Of a stretch of DNA of 64,000 bases, positions 18,358 through 28,919 are shown piece after piece (within the stretch, counting starts at the first letter, position 1; each line of letters begins with the position of its first letter). Below the pieces are notes generated by a model. That model was not told the DNA's origin, searched no databases, and saw only the letters and a list, made by a program, of their open reading frames with translations. The translations under genes were made by a program, and so were the position numbers. The DNA comes from a virus (Duplodnaviria; Heunggongvirae; Uroviricota; Caudoviricetes), in the IMG/VR virus record IMGVR_UViG_2799112923_000001, one strand, 5' to 3'.

Positions 18358-18440
18358 GGAGGATTAGCCTAATTGGTAAGGCAGCAGATTACTAATCTGC
18401 CGCGGGAAACCGCTTGGGGGTTCAAGTCCCTCATCCTCCG
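18358..18440 (+). tRNA. tRNA-Ser(ACU)
   Basis: GGAGGAT/ATCCTCC-G73; GCAGA-TTACTAA-TCTGC; long variable arm. Confidence 0.85.
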
Positions 18441-18457
18441 TTAATTGAGAACAAACT

Positions 18458-19252
18458 ATGAAAATTTATCCAAACTTAGCTGTTGAAGAATCAAACACAT
18501 CAATACAATATGCTCGTCAGTATGCAGCATATACCAGAGACGAAATTTTAGACTGGGTTAATCTAAAATGTTTGAGAGCATGTGAGAAACCTGATGAAAG
18601 AATAATTTGTGTAAGAACTGGTATTCAATGTGATAAAAGAATACAGAAGTATTTAACATTTGTATTCTATAATTACTCTGATAAAGAATATCTTTTATCC
18701 AAAATAGATACAAGAGATTGCTGGTATCAGGACCATAACAACGGTTGGATGTTCTCATATTATACTTGGGGAGATGCCTGCACATTTTTTAGAGATATGG
18801 GTTTATCCCTTGATGACCTGTATGCTAAATATGAAAAGAAATTTGAGAATACTATTGCTGAATACGATAAGTATATCAAAGATAAAATAGAGCAGCAGAA
18901 AATCTACGACATTGACACCGACGATTTTGAAGGTGAATTGCTATTTATGGCCGAGAAATATGGTTATAAATTTGAATCTGAGTTCGCTAGTAATGTGCCA
19001 ACTAAAAAGAATTATCATTTTACACACCCAACAACAGGTGCTTCAATAGATTACTATGTTAAACAGGTAAAGAAATATAATTATGTTTGTTGGGAGGTAT
19101 CTGCTAGTACTCCCTGGACTAAAGAATACTACTCAGTTTATGTGGATAGTTTTGAAGCCATTAAACGAATATCAGAGGGCTATATGATGATGTTCGCCCA
19201 ACCATTTATAGAAACAGATTGGCGAAATTTGCCCACATTCAAAGAAAAGTAA
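18458..19252 (+). CDS. Hypothetical protein (internal IDTDDFE)
   Basis: 264 aa ORF. Confidence 0.8.
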   Translation: MKIYPNLAVEESNTSIQYARQYAAYTRDEILDWVNLKCLRACEKPDERIICVRTGIQCDKRIQKYLTFVFYNYSDKEYLLSKIDTRDCWYQDHNNGWMFSYYTWGDACTFFRDMGLSLDDLYAKYEKKFENTIAEYDKYIKDKIEQQKIYDIDTDDFEGELLFMAEKYGYKFESEFASNVPTKKNYHFTHPTTGASIDYYVKQVKKYNYVCWEVSASTPWTKEYYSVYVDSFEAIKRISEGYMMMFAQPFIETDWRNLPTFKEK

Positions 19253-19337
19253 ACAAAAATTTACACAGTTTTATGAAAATCCTATTGACAATCAATAGGA
19301 TTTTTTCTATATTATATGGTATAAAAGAGAGGTAACT

Positions 19338-19550
19338 ATGGCAACAATTACAAATGTTAAAATGATTGATGTTCGTGCTTTGGATGTGTTTATGGTTCTT
19401 ACATCTGATACGAATGAATACAACTATGGAAATTGGTCGGCAAAGAAGTTGATTGAACTCTATGCTGCCGAAATCAACAAAGATTTTCAAAATAAGAAAA
19501 CACCTGAACAGGTTGCTAAGCATATCGTTAAACTCTATATGAAGGACTAA
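19338..19550 (+). CDS. Hypothetical early protein
   Basis: Promoter TTGACA 19285; GAGAGGT SD. Confidence 0.75.
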   Translation: MATITNVKMIDVRALDVFMVLTSDTNEYNYGNWSAKKLIELYAAEINKDFQNKKTPEQVAKHIVKLYMKD

Positions 19551-19553
19551 TTT

Positions 19554-19796
19554 ATGTGTAAGATTTGCGACCATATTGCTACAACTCGTTCCCCAATTCA
19601 AATCACCGCTCAATGGACTGCTACCCAGCATTCATCCACCATTACAACCGACCTTTCTAAATGCCAAATTGGTGTGTTCAATGAAGAAACTGGTGATTAT
19701 GATATGGTAGAATGGAAGGTTTGCCCGGTATGTGGCAAGCAGTTGAAGATTGAACCATGTAAAACAATGGAAGATATTGTAAAGAGGGAAGGCTAA
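19554..19796 (+). CDS. Small Zn-binding protein
   Basis: CKIC and CPVCG. Confidence 0.7.
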   Translation: MCKICDHIATTRSPIQITAQWTATQHSSTITTDLSKCQIGVFNEETGDYDMVEWKVCPVCGKQLKIEPCKTMEDIVKREG

Positions 19797-20170
19797 TGTA
19801 TAAAAGTTCTCGTAGCGAAAACCAACTCCAGTTTGATGTAACGAATGTGAAGCTCGGACAGCTCCCAGGTGTGTTTGATACAGTCACCAACGAAGGAGCA
19901 TTTTTCAAGAATTTCTCTGATGATTGGGCAAATGGATATTGGGAAGATGGCTGGGATGTTGAACCGACCAAGGTAGCTGGTACTTGGTTTGACTATTTGC
20001 GTAAGAAAACTGAAGCATGGATTAACCCTGCTTATGATACATTTGATACTGACGATGATTTTGTTTGTAGAACTGTGTATCCCGAAAACCAAAAGCGAGA
20101 TGTAGCAGTTTCTGTAATTTTTGATAACACTAACGATATTGTAGTCGGTTGGTTTATTGACGCCGACTAA
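19796..20170 (+). CDS. Hypothetical protein
   Basis: ORF track; stop/start coupled. Confidence 0.75.
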   Translation: MYKSSRSENQLQFDVTNVKLGQLPGVFDTVTNEGAFFKNFSDDWANGYWEDGWDVEPTKVAGTWFDYLRKKTEAWINPAYDTFDTDDDFVCRTVYPENQKRDVAVSVIFDNTNDIVVGWFIDAD

Positions 20171-20184
20171 AGGAATAAAAAACT

Positions 20185-20334
20185 ATGGTAAATGCTTATT
20201 TGGGTATCTTTCTTAAAGATGGTGAACGAAAGACTGTAAAGTATTTGGCAGATGATATTGAAACTGCTGAAAAAGAATTAAAAGAAATCGCAACAACACA
20301 GGGTTCTATCCTGGAAGATGTTATGGAGGTCTAA
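20185..20334 (+). CDS. Small hypothetical protein (49 aa)
   Basis: AAGGA SD; fills the gap and is coupled to the next gene. Confidence 0.6.
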   Translation: MVNAYLGIFLKDGERKTVKYLADDIETAEKELKEIATTQGSILEDVMEV

Positions 20335-20753
20335 TGATTTTAATAACTAAGTCCGAAATTGACGAATTGTGTGCTTGCTATAATCTCACAATGACTAACA
20401 ACAAACCATTTAATACATTGGTAGGGTTTGCTGTTCCTGACGATGAACATTTCTATCTCGTTATCTCACACCCAGCATTACAAAATGATAAGGAAGAAGT
20501 TGTGTGTTTGAATAAAACATATAATAATTGCTATCGGGTAACTCGTTTGTTTGATAAATTTGAAGAAAAAGACGATTATGGCCGAGACACACGAACTTTA
20601 GGACCGAGAGAAAGAAACATTTTTAGACAAACTCTATTTTCTTACACAGAATTAAAGCTTCGCCTAAACAAATTGAGTGGTGAACTTAATGATTATGTTC
20701 GCAATAAAGTAACGAACAAGAATTTAGCAGAAATTAACAGTGATTTTGAATAA
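20334..20753 (+). CDS. xxDF-tail family protein
   Basis: Ends INSDFE. Confidence 0.8.
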   Translation: MILITKSEIDELCACYNLTMTNNKPFNTLVGFAVPDDEHFYLVISHPALQNDKEEVVCLNKTYNNCYRVTRLFDKFEEKDDYGRDTRTLGPRERNIFRQTLFSYTELKLRLNKLSGELNDYVRNKVTNKNLAEINSDFE

Positions 20754-20767
20754 AGGAGAAATAAACT

Positions 20768-21718
20768 ATGGCAGTTAAAACTATTCACACATTTAAGCAG
20801 TTATGCGAACGTATCATTATGAATGGTCCTGAAGACCAGAACTATTACAGTGATGAAGCACAACCAGATGTAGTTTACATTTCAAAGGAACTCAATGATG
20901 GAGCGAATGACATTAAGTTGTGGTATTCTGTAACCGGCAACGGTCGCCCAGTATATCTCGGGTACACTGGTTTGTGTTATTTCCCAAATGGCTCTCTCGT
21001 TGTGGATGATGTAAAGCCAACGATTAAGCCAAAGCCACAGTGGGATTATCCAATGAGCCATAAGCAAATTTTGGATTTGGCAAATTCTCGTTTGGCTAAG
21101 TATGGTTTATCAATGGAAAATTTCAGTTCCCAGTGGAATGATAAACATAAGAACTCAAAGATTTTAAAGTTGGAAAAGATTCCTGGTTGTAAGAAACGAT
21201 TCTGCTATGACCAGCCCCGATATTGTTCTGTTTGTAGCATTTCTTATGAAACTTCACCAAAGCAGGTTTTCTTTGGTTGTAATCTTGACGATGTGGATAG
21301 TGATTTTATGAAAGAAGGCAGACTGCAAGCTTCTTCTACCTATATCAAGATTCCATTGGCATTTAGACTAATTGAAGAAGATTACGCAATCTACTATGAC
21401 AACAATAAGGACCACGAATGGAAGAAGTATGGTTCTGTTGCGTATAATTTGGATTTGGTAGTTTGTAGAACACCTGAAGAAATCAATGCTTGGTTTGACA
21501 AGTTTGACGCATATTATTCTCGTCTCCAGGAACAGGCAAAGATTACATCCGAAGTATTTGATTATGTTAAGACTAATGGTAAACCATATAAGGACATTAT
21601 GAAAACATATACAAAGCGAACTCAGCAATACAAGGATGCTCGTAAGAACTACGAAGATATGATTTTAGGACAAATTAAGAGAATTACAGCTCTTGACAAA
21701 ATTAACAATGACTTCTAA
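20768..21718 (+). CDS. xxDF-tail family protein, paralog of the next gene
   Basis: Ends INNDF. Confidence 0.85.
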   Translation: MAVKTIHTFKQLCERIIMNGPEDQNYYSDEAQPDVVYISKELNDGANDIKLWYSVTGNGRPVYLGYTGLCYFPNGSLVVDDVKPTIKPKPQWDYPMSHKQILDLANSRLAKYGLSMENFSSQWNDKHKNSKILKLEKIPGCKKRFCYDQPRYCSVCSISYETSPKQVFFGCNLDDVDSDFMKEGRLQASSTYIKIPLAFRLIEEDYAIYYDNNKDHEWKKYGSVAYNLDLVVCRTPEEINAWFDKFDAYYSRLQEQAKITSEVFDYVKTNGKPYKDIMKTYTKRTQQYKDARKNYEDMILGQIKRITALDKINNDF

Positions 21719-21733
21719 AAGGAGAATAAACTA

Positions 21734-22492
21734 TTGCCAGCAAGTAATACTATTCAACAGCTCATTCAGCTCGCACAGTCTTTCCAAAATTCTATCACAT
21801 CGGGTCAACCAGTCAATCTCAACCAGGTCTTTGGGTCACCTAGCCAGCAGAAAACATTCAATATGAACATCGCAGACATTGAAGCTCTCGCTAATGCTCG
21901 TCTAGCAAAGAATAGTTTGGCTCTCAAGTCCTATCACGAAGACCCAGATTGGGATTTCAAGTGTGTTAAGGGAGAGGATATTCCAAATTTCACAAAGAGA
22001 TTCTGTTATTTCCGAGAAGGCTTTGCTGGAGAATGTTTGTGTGGTCTTTCTATGCAATCGGGTAAGCCAGCTCTCATTTGTGCTGACATTAATGACATTG
22101 ATAGTGATTTTATGAGCGAAGGTAATCTCCAGGCCTCATCTACCTATATCAAACACCCTCTAGCATTTCATTTGTTTAGATTTGGTGACCTGATGCATTT
22201 TGACCAGGGCTTGTGTTTTGGTGTTCCTGTAGAAGTTCTCGCCACTGAAGACGAAATTAACGCATGGTTTGATAAGTTTGATTCTATCTATCCTCGTCTC
22301 CAGGCTCAAAATACTATGGTTGCCGAGGTCTATAAGAATGTTAAAGAACTTGGTAAGCCATACAAAGATATTATGAAAACTTATCAAAAGCGAACAAATG
22401 AATACAAGGAAGCCCGTAAGAACTATGAAGAAATGATTTTAAATCAAATCAAGCGAATTACGGCTGTGGACCAGATTAACAACGATTTCTAA
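21734..22492 (+). CDS. xxDF-tail family protein, tandem paralog
   Basis: TTG start; shares DSDFM-x-EG-x-LQASSTYIK and C-terminus; ends INNDF. Confidence 0.85.
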   Translation: MPASNTIQQLIQLAQSFQNSITSGQPVNLNQVFGSPSQQKTFNMNIADIEALANARLAKNSLALKSYHEDPDWDFKCVKGEDIPNFTKRFCYFREGFAGECLCGLSMQSGKPALICADINDIDSDFMSEGNLQASSTYIKHPLAFHLFRFGDLMHFDQGLCFGVPVEVLATEDEINAWFDKFDSIYPRLQAQNTMVAEVYKNVKELGKPYKDIMKTYQKRTNEYKEARKNYEEMILNQIKRITAVDQINNDF

Positions 22493-22505
22493 GGAGAAAC
22501 TTATT

Positions 22506-22940
22506 ATGGCATATTCTGTTGGTGATTTTAAGAAAATGATGAAAGATGCGTATAAAACCGCATTTGGTTATCGCGGTGCCACCGGTTTTAATATCTATCG
22601 CAGATATGCCGGTAATAAGTTCCGTTATTGTAGTGAATGTGAAGTTAACGAACTAAATGCTCCAGGTGGTTTCACTCATTGGATTCCTAAGGCTAATCCC
22701 ACAGATCCAAAGAAAGTAAAATACATTGGTTTTTGGTTCGGTGTGTATATTACAGATGCTACCGGAACTAGAATGGATTTACATTATATTCATTTTATGT
22801 ACGAAGATACTACTATCCTTGGTGTATGTTATGAAGATTTTGATAATCCACAAACACAGCTTCAAATTAATAGTGGTATCACACCTACCACAACTCCAAT
22901 GAATGTTCAGTTAAACGATTTCATACAGGCTTTTAAGTAA
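22506..22940 (+). CDS. Hypothetical protein
   Basis: AAGGAG SD. Confidence 0.75.
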   Translation: MAYSVGDFKKMMKDAYKTAFGYRGATGFNIYRRYAGNKFRYCSECEVNELNAPGGFTHWIPKANPTDPKKVKYIGFWFGVYITDATGTRMDLHYIHFMYEDTTILGVCYEDFDNPQTQLQINSGITPTTTPMNVQLNDFIQAFK

Positions 22941-23245
22941 TGAACTTATTCCAAATTAAAAATCTACTAGAGAAAGACGCAGATCTAATTAAGACCTTGG
23001 ATAGCAATTCAAGTTTCCGATTTGATTGCAAACTAGAATATGAATACCAGGGACATGGTATTCTCTCAGTAGATGGTGGTTGGGTTCAGGTTGCCGGTCT
23101 AAACATTTATATGGAATATCTCAGTAAGAAAGACCTTCTTTCTAGGATAGAGATAGGAAAAGAGAGAATCCGTAATCTTATTAGAGAGAATAAAGAAAGA
23201 CTTGTTGAAATTCATTTAAAACAAATGAATATGGATTTTGAATGA
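22940..23245 (+). CDS. xxDF-tail family protein
   Basis: Ends MNMDFE. Confidence 0.75.
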   Translation: MNLFQIKNLLEKDADLIKTLDSNSSFRFDCKLEYEYQGHGILSVDGGWVQVAGLNIYMEYLSKKDLLSRIEIGKERIRNLIRENKERLVEIHLKQMNMDFE

Positions 23246-23562
23246 TTTTTGAACATATTGCTGATATAGAAAAATTGTTAAAGAAATATGGATTTTCTTT
23301 GAACCGATACCATGATTCTGTAATCACTCGTTGGAATTTGTATTATAATAATTCCGGCGGAAGTATTGCTGAGTTATGGAAGAATAATAAATTGGGTCAG
23401 TATAAAATACGATATGAACAGAGTGCAGGAAATGTGCCAGCATATTCTATGGAATTATGCGATGATGAAAAATTTGAACAGTATCTAATAGATTATATTA
23501 GAGAAAGAAAAGAAGCCAATGTAAGAATTAAATTATCCGATATAAAAAAGGATTTTGAATGA
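23242..23562 (+). CDS. xxDF-tail family protein
   Basis: Ends IKKDFE. Confidence 0.75.
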   Translation: MIFEHIADIEKLLKKYGFSLNRYHDSVITRWNLYYNNSGGSIAELWKNNKLGQYKIRYEQSAGNVPAYSMELCDDEKFEQYLIDYIRERKEANVRIKLSDIKKDFE

Positions 23563-23846
23563 CTTTTGAAAGATTTAAAGAAATGGTAAAACAAGACCCT
23601 ACAATTATTGTAGTTATAGATACACCTAAAAAATTTGTTTGTAACTACAATGAGAGAGAATTGTTATCTTCTAATGGTGCAGTTGTTCTCTCGTTTAATA
23701 TGAATATGCGTTATGAGTATATGAGTGAAGAAATGGCTAAGTTCGTTATCCAAAATGGTAAAGATTATGTTAATCATTATATTAAATGGGATAAAGAACT
23801 TAGAGAAACTGAAAGATTAGAAGAAATACAGAAGGATTTTGTATGA
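23559..23846 (+). CDS. xxDF-tail family protein
   Basis: Ends IQKDFV. Confidence 0.75.
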   Translation: MTFERFKEMVKQDPTIIVVIDTPKKFVCNYNERELLSSNGAVVLSFNMNMRYEYMSEEMAKFVIQNGKDYVNHYIKWDKELRETERLEEIQKDFV

Positions 23847-24154
23847 TTACTCTTGACCGAATTAGAGAACTATGTTTACAGTTTGGTTATAAACCATTTG
23901 ATAGAGAACCAAACGAATACCATATTGGAGAGTCTTCAGTATTTAAAGTATTACCAAATGAAACTAGCAAAAATGTAGTTTACTGGGACACGATGTATAC
24001 TTTGGGTACAAGATACTCTAATACAGATTTGACTGAAGAAAAAGTAATTGAAATGATTAAAGAAAATCTAAAATGTGTTCAAAAACACGAAGAAATGAGA
24101 AAGAAAAAATTAGAACACAGAATGTTGAGCAGTATTCAAGAGGATTTTAGATGA
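23843..24154 (+). CDS. xxDF-tail family protein
   Basis: Ends IQEDFR. Confidence 0.75.
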   Translation: MITLDRIRELCLQFGYKPFDREPNEYHIGESSVFKVLPNETSKNVVYWDTMYTLGTRYSNTDLTEEKVIEMIKENLKCVQKHEEMRKKKLEHRMLSSIQEDFR

Positions 24155-24552
24155 TTACTTTGTGCCAAATTAAAGCATTACAGAGAGAATTTGATTTAAC
24201 CTATACTGAAGAATTTGGCTATATCACTATAGGCTCTAAACATCCAGCATGGGAACTAAAGCATGGGCAAATGGCATTAGCACAGTTCTCTTATTGGGAA
24301 TGTGAAAAACAATACAATTTAATCTATCTCGCTGCCGTAATTCACAAAACACCGAATGAATTTATTCTATTACCCGCTGGCTATGATAAAGATGGAACAA
24401 ATGTTGCCTCTATCCATGCTCCACCTCTCTCTTACGAACAACTGCGTATTCACCTTAAATCTCTCCTTGAAGATTTTGATTATCTCTCCCTCTATAAGAA
24501 ACAACTAAAATTACAACAAAATATCTCTAATATCTCTCATGATTTTAAATAA
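24151..24552 (+). CDS. xxDF-tail family protein
   Basis: Ends ISHDFK. Confidence 0.75.
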   Translation: MITLCQIKALQREFDLTYTEEFGYITIGSKHPAWELKHGQMALAQFSYWECEKQYNLIYLAAVIHKTPNEFILLPAGYDKDGTNVASIHAPPLSYEQLRIHLKSLLEDFDYLSLYKKQLKLQQNISNISHDFK

Positions 24553-24868
24553 AGACTCTCTCATACAATTATTAACCCAAAATGGGTGTGAGTATTGCTC
24601 CTGCCCACCTTCTCTCACTTACAAAGATTATAGATTTCTATCCTTTAATCATTGGTTTTATGATACAGATACAGATTTTAGATTACATACACATCTAACT
24701 AAAACACTCATGACTAATCATGGGTTAAGATGTAAGTATACAAATACCTCTCCTGAATTTATTCTCTATCATTTAGAGAAATTCAAAATGTGGGTAGATA
24801 GGCTCTCTCTCAAAGAAAAACAAGAAAAACTTACTAATATGATTGGCAAAATTCAAGAGGACTTCTAA
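24539..24868 (+). CDS. xxDF-tail family protein
   Basis: Ends IQEDF. Confidence 0.75.
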   Translation: MILNKDSLIQLLTQNGCEYCSCPPSLTYKDYRFLSFNHWFYDTDTDFRLHTHLTKTLMTNHGLRCKYTNTSPEFILYHLEKFKMWVDRLSLKEKQEKLTNMIGKIQEDF

Positions 24869-25323
24869 TGAACTTAACTTTGGAAGAAATAGAACATATT
24901 TGTAGTAGATATAATCTACAGTTTATCCAAACAAGTCCAACAGAACATCAATTATTTCTTCGCTCTGATATATTTGGGGCATATTCTTATCCTGAATTGG
25001 GAGGTTATATCTTACCTGTAGCCGATTTTAAAATGACCGCCGACATCCATTCCAAATATGCTCTATACAATACTTATAATGCTTTTCTTATGAGAGACTT
25101 CCAAACAATACCACCTTATATCTGTTTATTCCGAGCCATCACACCCGCTGAAAAATCTCATGGTGATATTATCTTTCTTAATACCCAATTCACTTATATC
25201 CCAGATTCTATACAGTTTATGAATTATATCCATTGGATATTAGATACTATCCCGGAAGCATCCAAATATCTCAAACAATATAAACAAAATAAACTTTTTG
25301 AACAAATACAAAAGGATTTTTAA
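24868..25323 (+). CDS. xxDF-tail family protein
   Basis: Ends IQKDF. Confidence 0.75.
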   Translation: MNLTLEEIEHICSRYNLQFIQTSPTEHQLFLRSDIFGAYSYPELGGYILPVADFKMTADIHSKYALYNTYNAFLMRDFQTIPPYICLFRAITPAEKSHGDIIFLNTQFTYIPDSIQFMNYIHWILDTIPEASKYLKQYKQNKLFEQIQKDF

Positions 25324-25658
25324 TGCTTATCCCTTATTCTAAATTAGAGAATGTAAGAACTTTGTTCACGAATTTAGGTATTAAAGATACCAATTATGGT
25401 GTATTTGAAGAATTTTATATCTCCCGCCCACACTTGGCTAATTTAGTAATAGCCGAATTACATAAAGATGTTCCCGGCTTCGCTATCTTACTCTTTAAAA
25501 TCTATATCAAAGATAATAACCTGTATAATGATAGAAATGATAGAATCCTAATAGATAATATCCCAGATCTAATCTCTACCCTTGACAATTATTCTTTAAT
25601 TCTTAAACAATACGAACAAATACTAGAAATTAAAAAGATTAAGAAGGATTTCCTATGA
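25323..25658 (+). CDS. xxDF-tail family protein
   Basis: Ends IKKDFL. Confidence 0.75.
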   Translation: MLIPYSKLENVRTLFTNLGIKDTNYGVFEEFYISRPHLANLVIAELHKDVPGFAILLFKIYIKDNNLYNDRNDRILIDNIPDLISTLDNYSLILKQYEQILEIKKIKKDFL

Positions 25659-26035
25659 ATCGTTATAGATTAAAAGACATTTATTCTCTATGTGGTCTTT
25701 TTCCTAATGACTTCAAGGTTTATAAAAACTCTACCTCTTATGGTATTACATCTCTCAAACTGAACACTATTATTATAGCATTTCAACAAGTATCTAATAC
25801 ACGATATGAAATTCATGCTATAACAAACTGTTTTATGTTTTCTAATGGTGGTATCGCACCTTGTGATTCTAATAGAATGGTATCCGATATATTTACTGAC
25901 TATGTGTTTAAGAATGTACCAAACAAATTATCCGATTATTTAAGATATTTTCGTGATAATTTCCAATATGTAGAAAAAGCATATAAAGAATACTTATATG
26001 CCAAAAAACTAAACAATATATCTGAGGATTTTTAA
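25655..26035 (+). CDS. xxDF-tail family protein
   Basis: Ends ISEDF. Confidence 0.75.
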   Translation: MNRYRLKDIYSLCGLFPNDFKVYKNSTSYGITSLKLNTIIIAFQQVSNTRYEIHAITNCFMFSNGGIAPCDSNRMVSDIFTDYVFKNVPNKLSDYLRYFRDNFQYVEKAYKEYLYAKKLNNISEDF

Positions 26036-26211
26036 TAAGAATGAAATTATCCCTATATGGTATTTATTAGCAAAAAACTGTGGTGAAACCACGAAATTTG
26101 CTATTGAACCAGTGTTTGACCCACTTTGCACGGTTTGTTGCAGTAAATAAAAAAATTTTTTGAAAAAAGAATATATTTACAAGTAAAGGATAAATTTATA
26201 TATTATTGGCT

Positions 26212-26679
26212 ATGGCAAAGTTATTAGGAATACAGTATTTGGATTATGATATAGCCAATAAGTATGTTGACATGTACAACAACATCGTAAAGGCTAATCA
26301 GGATTTTGAAAGTGAAAAGAAGGAAATAGAATTAGATTCATTTTGTAGCATTTACAATAAGTTTAGTAAGGAATGGAGTGATTTAATTTATTTAATCAGT
26401 TATGAAGAAGATGGTGAATATCATAATTTAATCAGTTATGTAGATAATGATGATGGATATAGAAGTTATGTAAAAACCATAGAATTAGCAGGATTAGGTC
26501 AACCATTATTAAAGCAGTTTGAATATGATGTAGATATATCAAGATATGTAAGTGGACAAAATGAAATAAATTATGATATTTTGATACAGTATGAGGGTAA
26601 GAATATATTTGAATGTTACACAGATAACAGTGATAATTATTATCCAGTAGGGAATATAGAATATCATGGATTTCAATAA
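26212..26679 (+). CDS. Hypothetical protein
   Basis: ORF track; start uncertain. Confidence 0.7.
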   Translation: MAKLLGIQYLDYDIANKYVDMYNNIVKANQDFESEKKEIELDSFCSIYNKFSKEWSDLIYLISYEEDGEYHNLISYVDNDDGYRSYVKTIELAGLGQPLLKQFEYDVDISRYVSGQNEINYDILIQYEGKNIFECYTDNSDNYYPVGNIEYHGFQ

Positions 26680-26974
26680 TTTAATAGAAAAAGAACAGTT
26701 ATTGTATGCTCAAGGGTTTTATTATTTTGAGAAGGGTAGTCCATTAATCATGTATGAAAACTGCAATCAGTTTATGATATATGTTCGTCGGCATATACAA
26801 CTACTAGAAAATAATAAGATTGGTGATGGTGATTTTGATATAATGTTCAGGGAATCCGCAGATTTAGAACAACGAATACAAGCATTACGAATAGAATGGA
26901 ATAATATAGTATTATACTTTAAACAACTAAAAATGGAAAAACAACTACAACAACTGGAGAAAGATTTTGAATAA
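26666..26974 (+). CDS. xxDF-tail family protein
   Basis: Ends LEKDFE. Confidence 0.75.
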   Translation: MDFNNLIEKEQLLYAQGFYYFEKGSPLIMYENCNQFMIYVRRHIQLLENNKIGDGDFDIMFRESADLEQRIQALRIEWNNIVLYFKQLKMEKQLQQLEKDFE

Positions 26975-27482
26975 ATACGGATTAGATATATCAAACACCA
27001 AAAAGACAGTAATGGATAATATAGCCAAGATTGAAGCAGTTAATGCAGATTTTAATAAAATTGAAAATCCATTTACTAAAACTTCATTATTCATAGAAGG
27101 TAGCCTTGGTATGAATGGTAAGATTGATGGAAGACCCAAGGTATATTCCGAATTGATTATTAGGGATTTTAGTTATAAGTTACACATGAGATTTATATTC
27201 CGATACAGTTTAGCAAGAAAGAATTGGAAGTTTGGTGATTTTGAAATAAATTATAGTAGAAATTGGTGGAATGAAAAGCCAGGAGATGAACAATATAGGG
27301 CATTATGGCAAAAGGTTAAAGATTTTGATTTTGAAGGATTATTTAAGAAAAAGAATTTAGAAGAATGTTGGAATATATTGGCTGAATGTATTACCGGTGT
27401 GAATGGTGAAGAAGAATTAAGTCTATTCTATAAAAATCTTATAAATGTTAGTGCCACAGATAAAATCAAAGGAGATTTCTAA
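26967..27482 (+). CDS. xxDF-tail family protein
   Basis: Ends IKGDF. Confidence 0.75.
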   Translation: MNKYGLDISNTKKTVMDNIAKIEAVNADFNKIENPFTKTSLFIEGSLGMNGKIDGRPKVYSELIIRDFSYKLHMRFIFRYSLARKNWKFGDFEINYSRNWWNEKPGDEQYRALWQKVKDFDFEGLFKKKNLEECWNILAECITGVNGEEELSLFYKNLINVSATDKIKGDF

Positions 27483-28039
27483 TGACTTGGGATGACGCAG
27501 TAGAAGCATTTGCCAAATATGATATAGATATTAAAAAATATCGTAATGGTAAATTGAAATTCAAGGATATTAAACTCACAAAGCAGTATTTTAAGAGAAG
27601 ACCGGAATATCCAGTATTTGAGTATAATGAAGCCACTTATAATGGAACATTAACCAAGAATAATTTTTATATTGATTATAACACAAATGCTAAGGGTGAT
27701 TTCTTATATTATCAACCAGCAGATTTTGGTGACTTATCAGATTGGGAAATGGATGATTTTTTGAAGTCAAAGGGTAATCCTACACGATATTTTAGAACAT
27801 GGCATGGAAAGAAGATTGCTATAAATGGAAAAGAACAATTAGAATGGGCTTTGAAGGATTTCTTTAATAGATTGGAAGTTATGAATAAACTGACTACAAA
27901 TGAAGATTTGTTGCAGATTAAGAAGGATTTCCAAGAACAGACTAATGAATTAGAAAGAATTACCCAGAACATAAAGAATTTAAAGACTAAATACAAACAT
28001 ATATTTAAAACACAAGCCGGTATAAATGCCGATTTTTAA
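27482..28039 (+). CDS. xxDF-tail family protein
   Basis: Ends INADF. Confidence 0.8.
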   Translation: MTWDDAVEAFAKYDIDIKKYRNGKLKFKDIKLTKQYFKRRPEYPVFEYNEATYNGTLTKNNFYIDYNTNAKGDFLYYQPADFGDLSDWEMDDFLKSKGNPTRYFRTWHGKKIAINGKEQLEWALKDFFNRLEVMNKLTTNEDLLQIKKDFQEQTNELERITQNIKNLKTKYKHIFKTQAGINADF

Positions 28040-28050
28040 GGAGAAATAAT

Positions 28051-28233
28051 ATGGAAGATATAAAGGAAAAACTACTAATCGCAGTTCAAGACGGTGCTAT
28101 TGATGGAGCAGATGTGGTTGAAAAACTATTAGCATACATTGATGGTGATACGGTACAGGATATTGTGGATTCCGAAGGTTGGGATGAAGCATGTGGGATT
28201 GGTATTAGTGATTCTAGTGATGACGAATACTAA
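28051..28233 (+). CDS. Small acidic protein
   Basis: AAGGAG SD. Confidence 0.7.
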   Translation: MEDIKEKLLIAVQDGAIDGADVVEKLLAYIDGDTVQDIVDSEGWDEACGIGISDSSDDEY

Positions 28234-28323
28234 TGTAAAGAAAATTTTACATAGAATGGGTTGACAAAACCCATTCTTTTTTCTATAATATAGTGTAGAA
28301 CTTCAAAATAAGGACAAAAAACT

Positions 28324-28800
28324 ATGCAAAATACTATGAGATTTATTCCACTTAACGATATTCTTGAATTGCTTACTGGTAAGTCAACGGGATTTCCTAG
28401 TTCTTTTTATGAACAAGTAGACCCAGATTTGCGACCAACTAATAAGGTTCCAGCGGAAAAGGCTAATGCTTGTTGGGCAAATGGTACACCAGTGTATCAA
28501 GAACCCAAGTGGAATGGTGATAAGGCATTTGAATTGGCAAATGACATTAAGGCTCGTAGAGCAAAGATTGAAGAAATCAAGGCAGCTCAACAGGCAGAAT
28601 TGGAACGTGAACAGAAAGCATTGGAAGAAGCCGAAAAGCAGTATCACAATGAACTCTCCCATATCCGATATGTTGGTGATGACAAGCAGTTGGAACTTTT
28701 GATTCCCCGCGAAAAGATGTTCCAGTTGGTTAAGGGATTGACAGATGTAATTAACGGGAATAAGGAAGCAAAGTCTTATAAGGTCAAGATTACTCTTTAA
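28324..28800 (+). CDS. Hypothetical protein
   Basis: Promoter TTGACA 28261 / TATAAT. Confidence 0.8.
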   Translation: MQNTMRFIPLNDILELLTGKSTGFPSSFYEQVDPDLRPTNKVPAEKANACWANGTPVYQEPKWNGDKAFELANDIKARRAKIEEIKAAQQAELEREQKALEEAEKQYHNELSHIRYVGDDKQLELLIPREKMFQLVKGLTDVINGNKEAKSYKVKITL

Positions 28801-28919
28801 TCTTGACTTTTTATGCAGTTCTTAATGAAACAAAATAAATAGGTGAAAACATTGACAAGTGTAAACTAATAATTTACATTTACAATGTTGAACAATTTAA
28901 CTATATGGAGAAAAAAACT

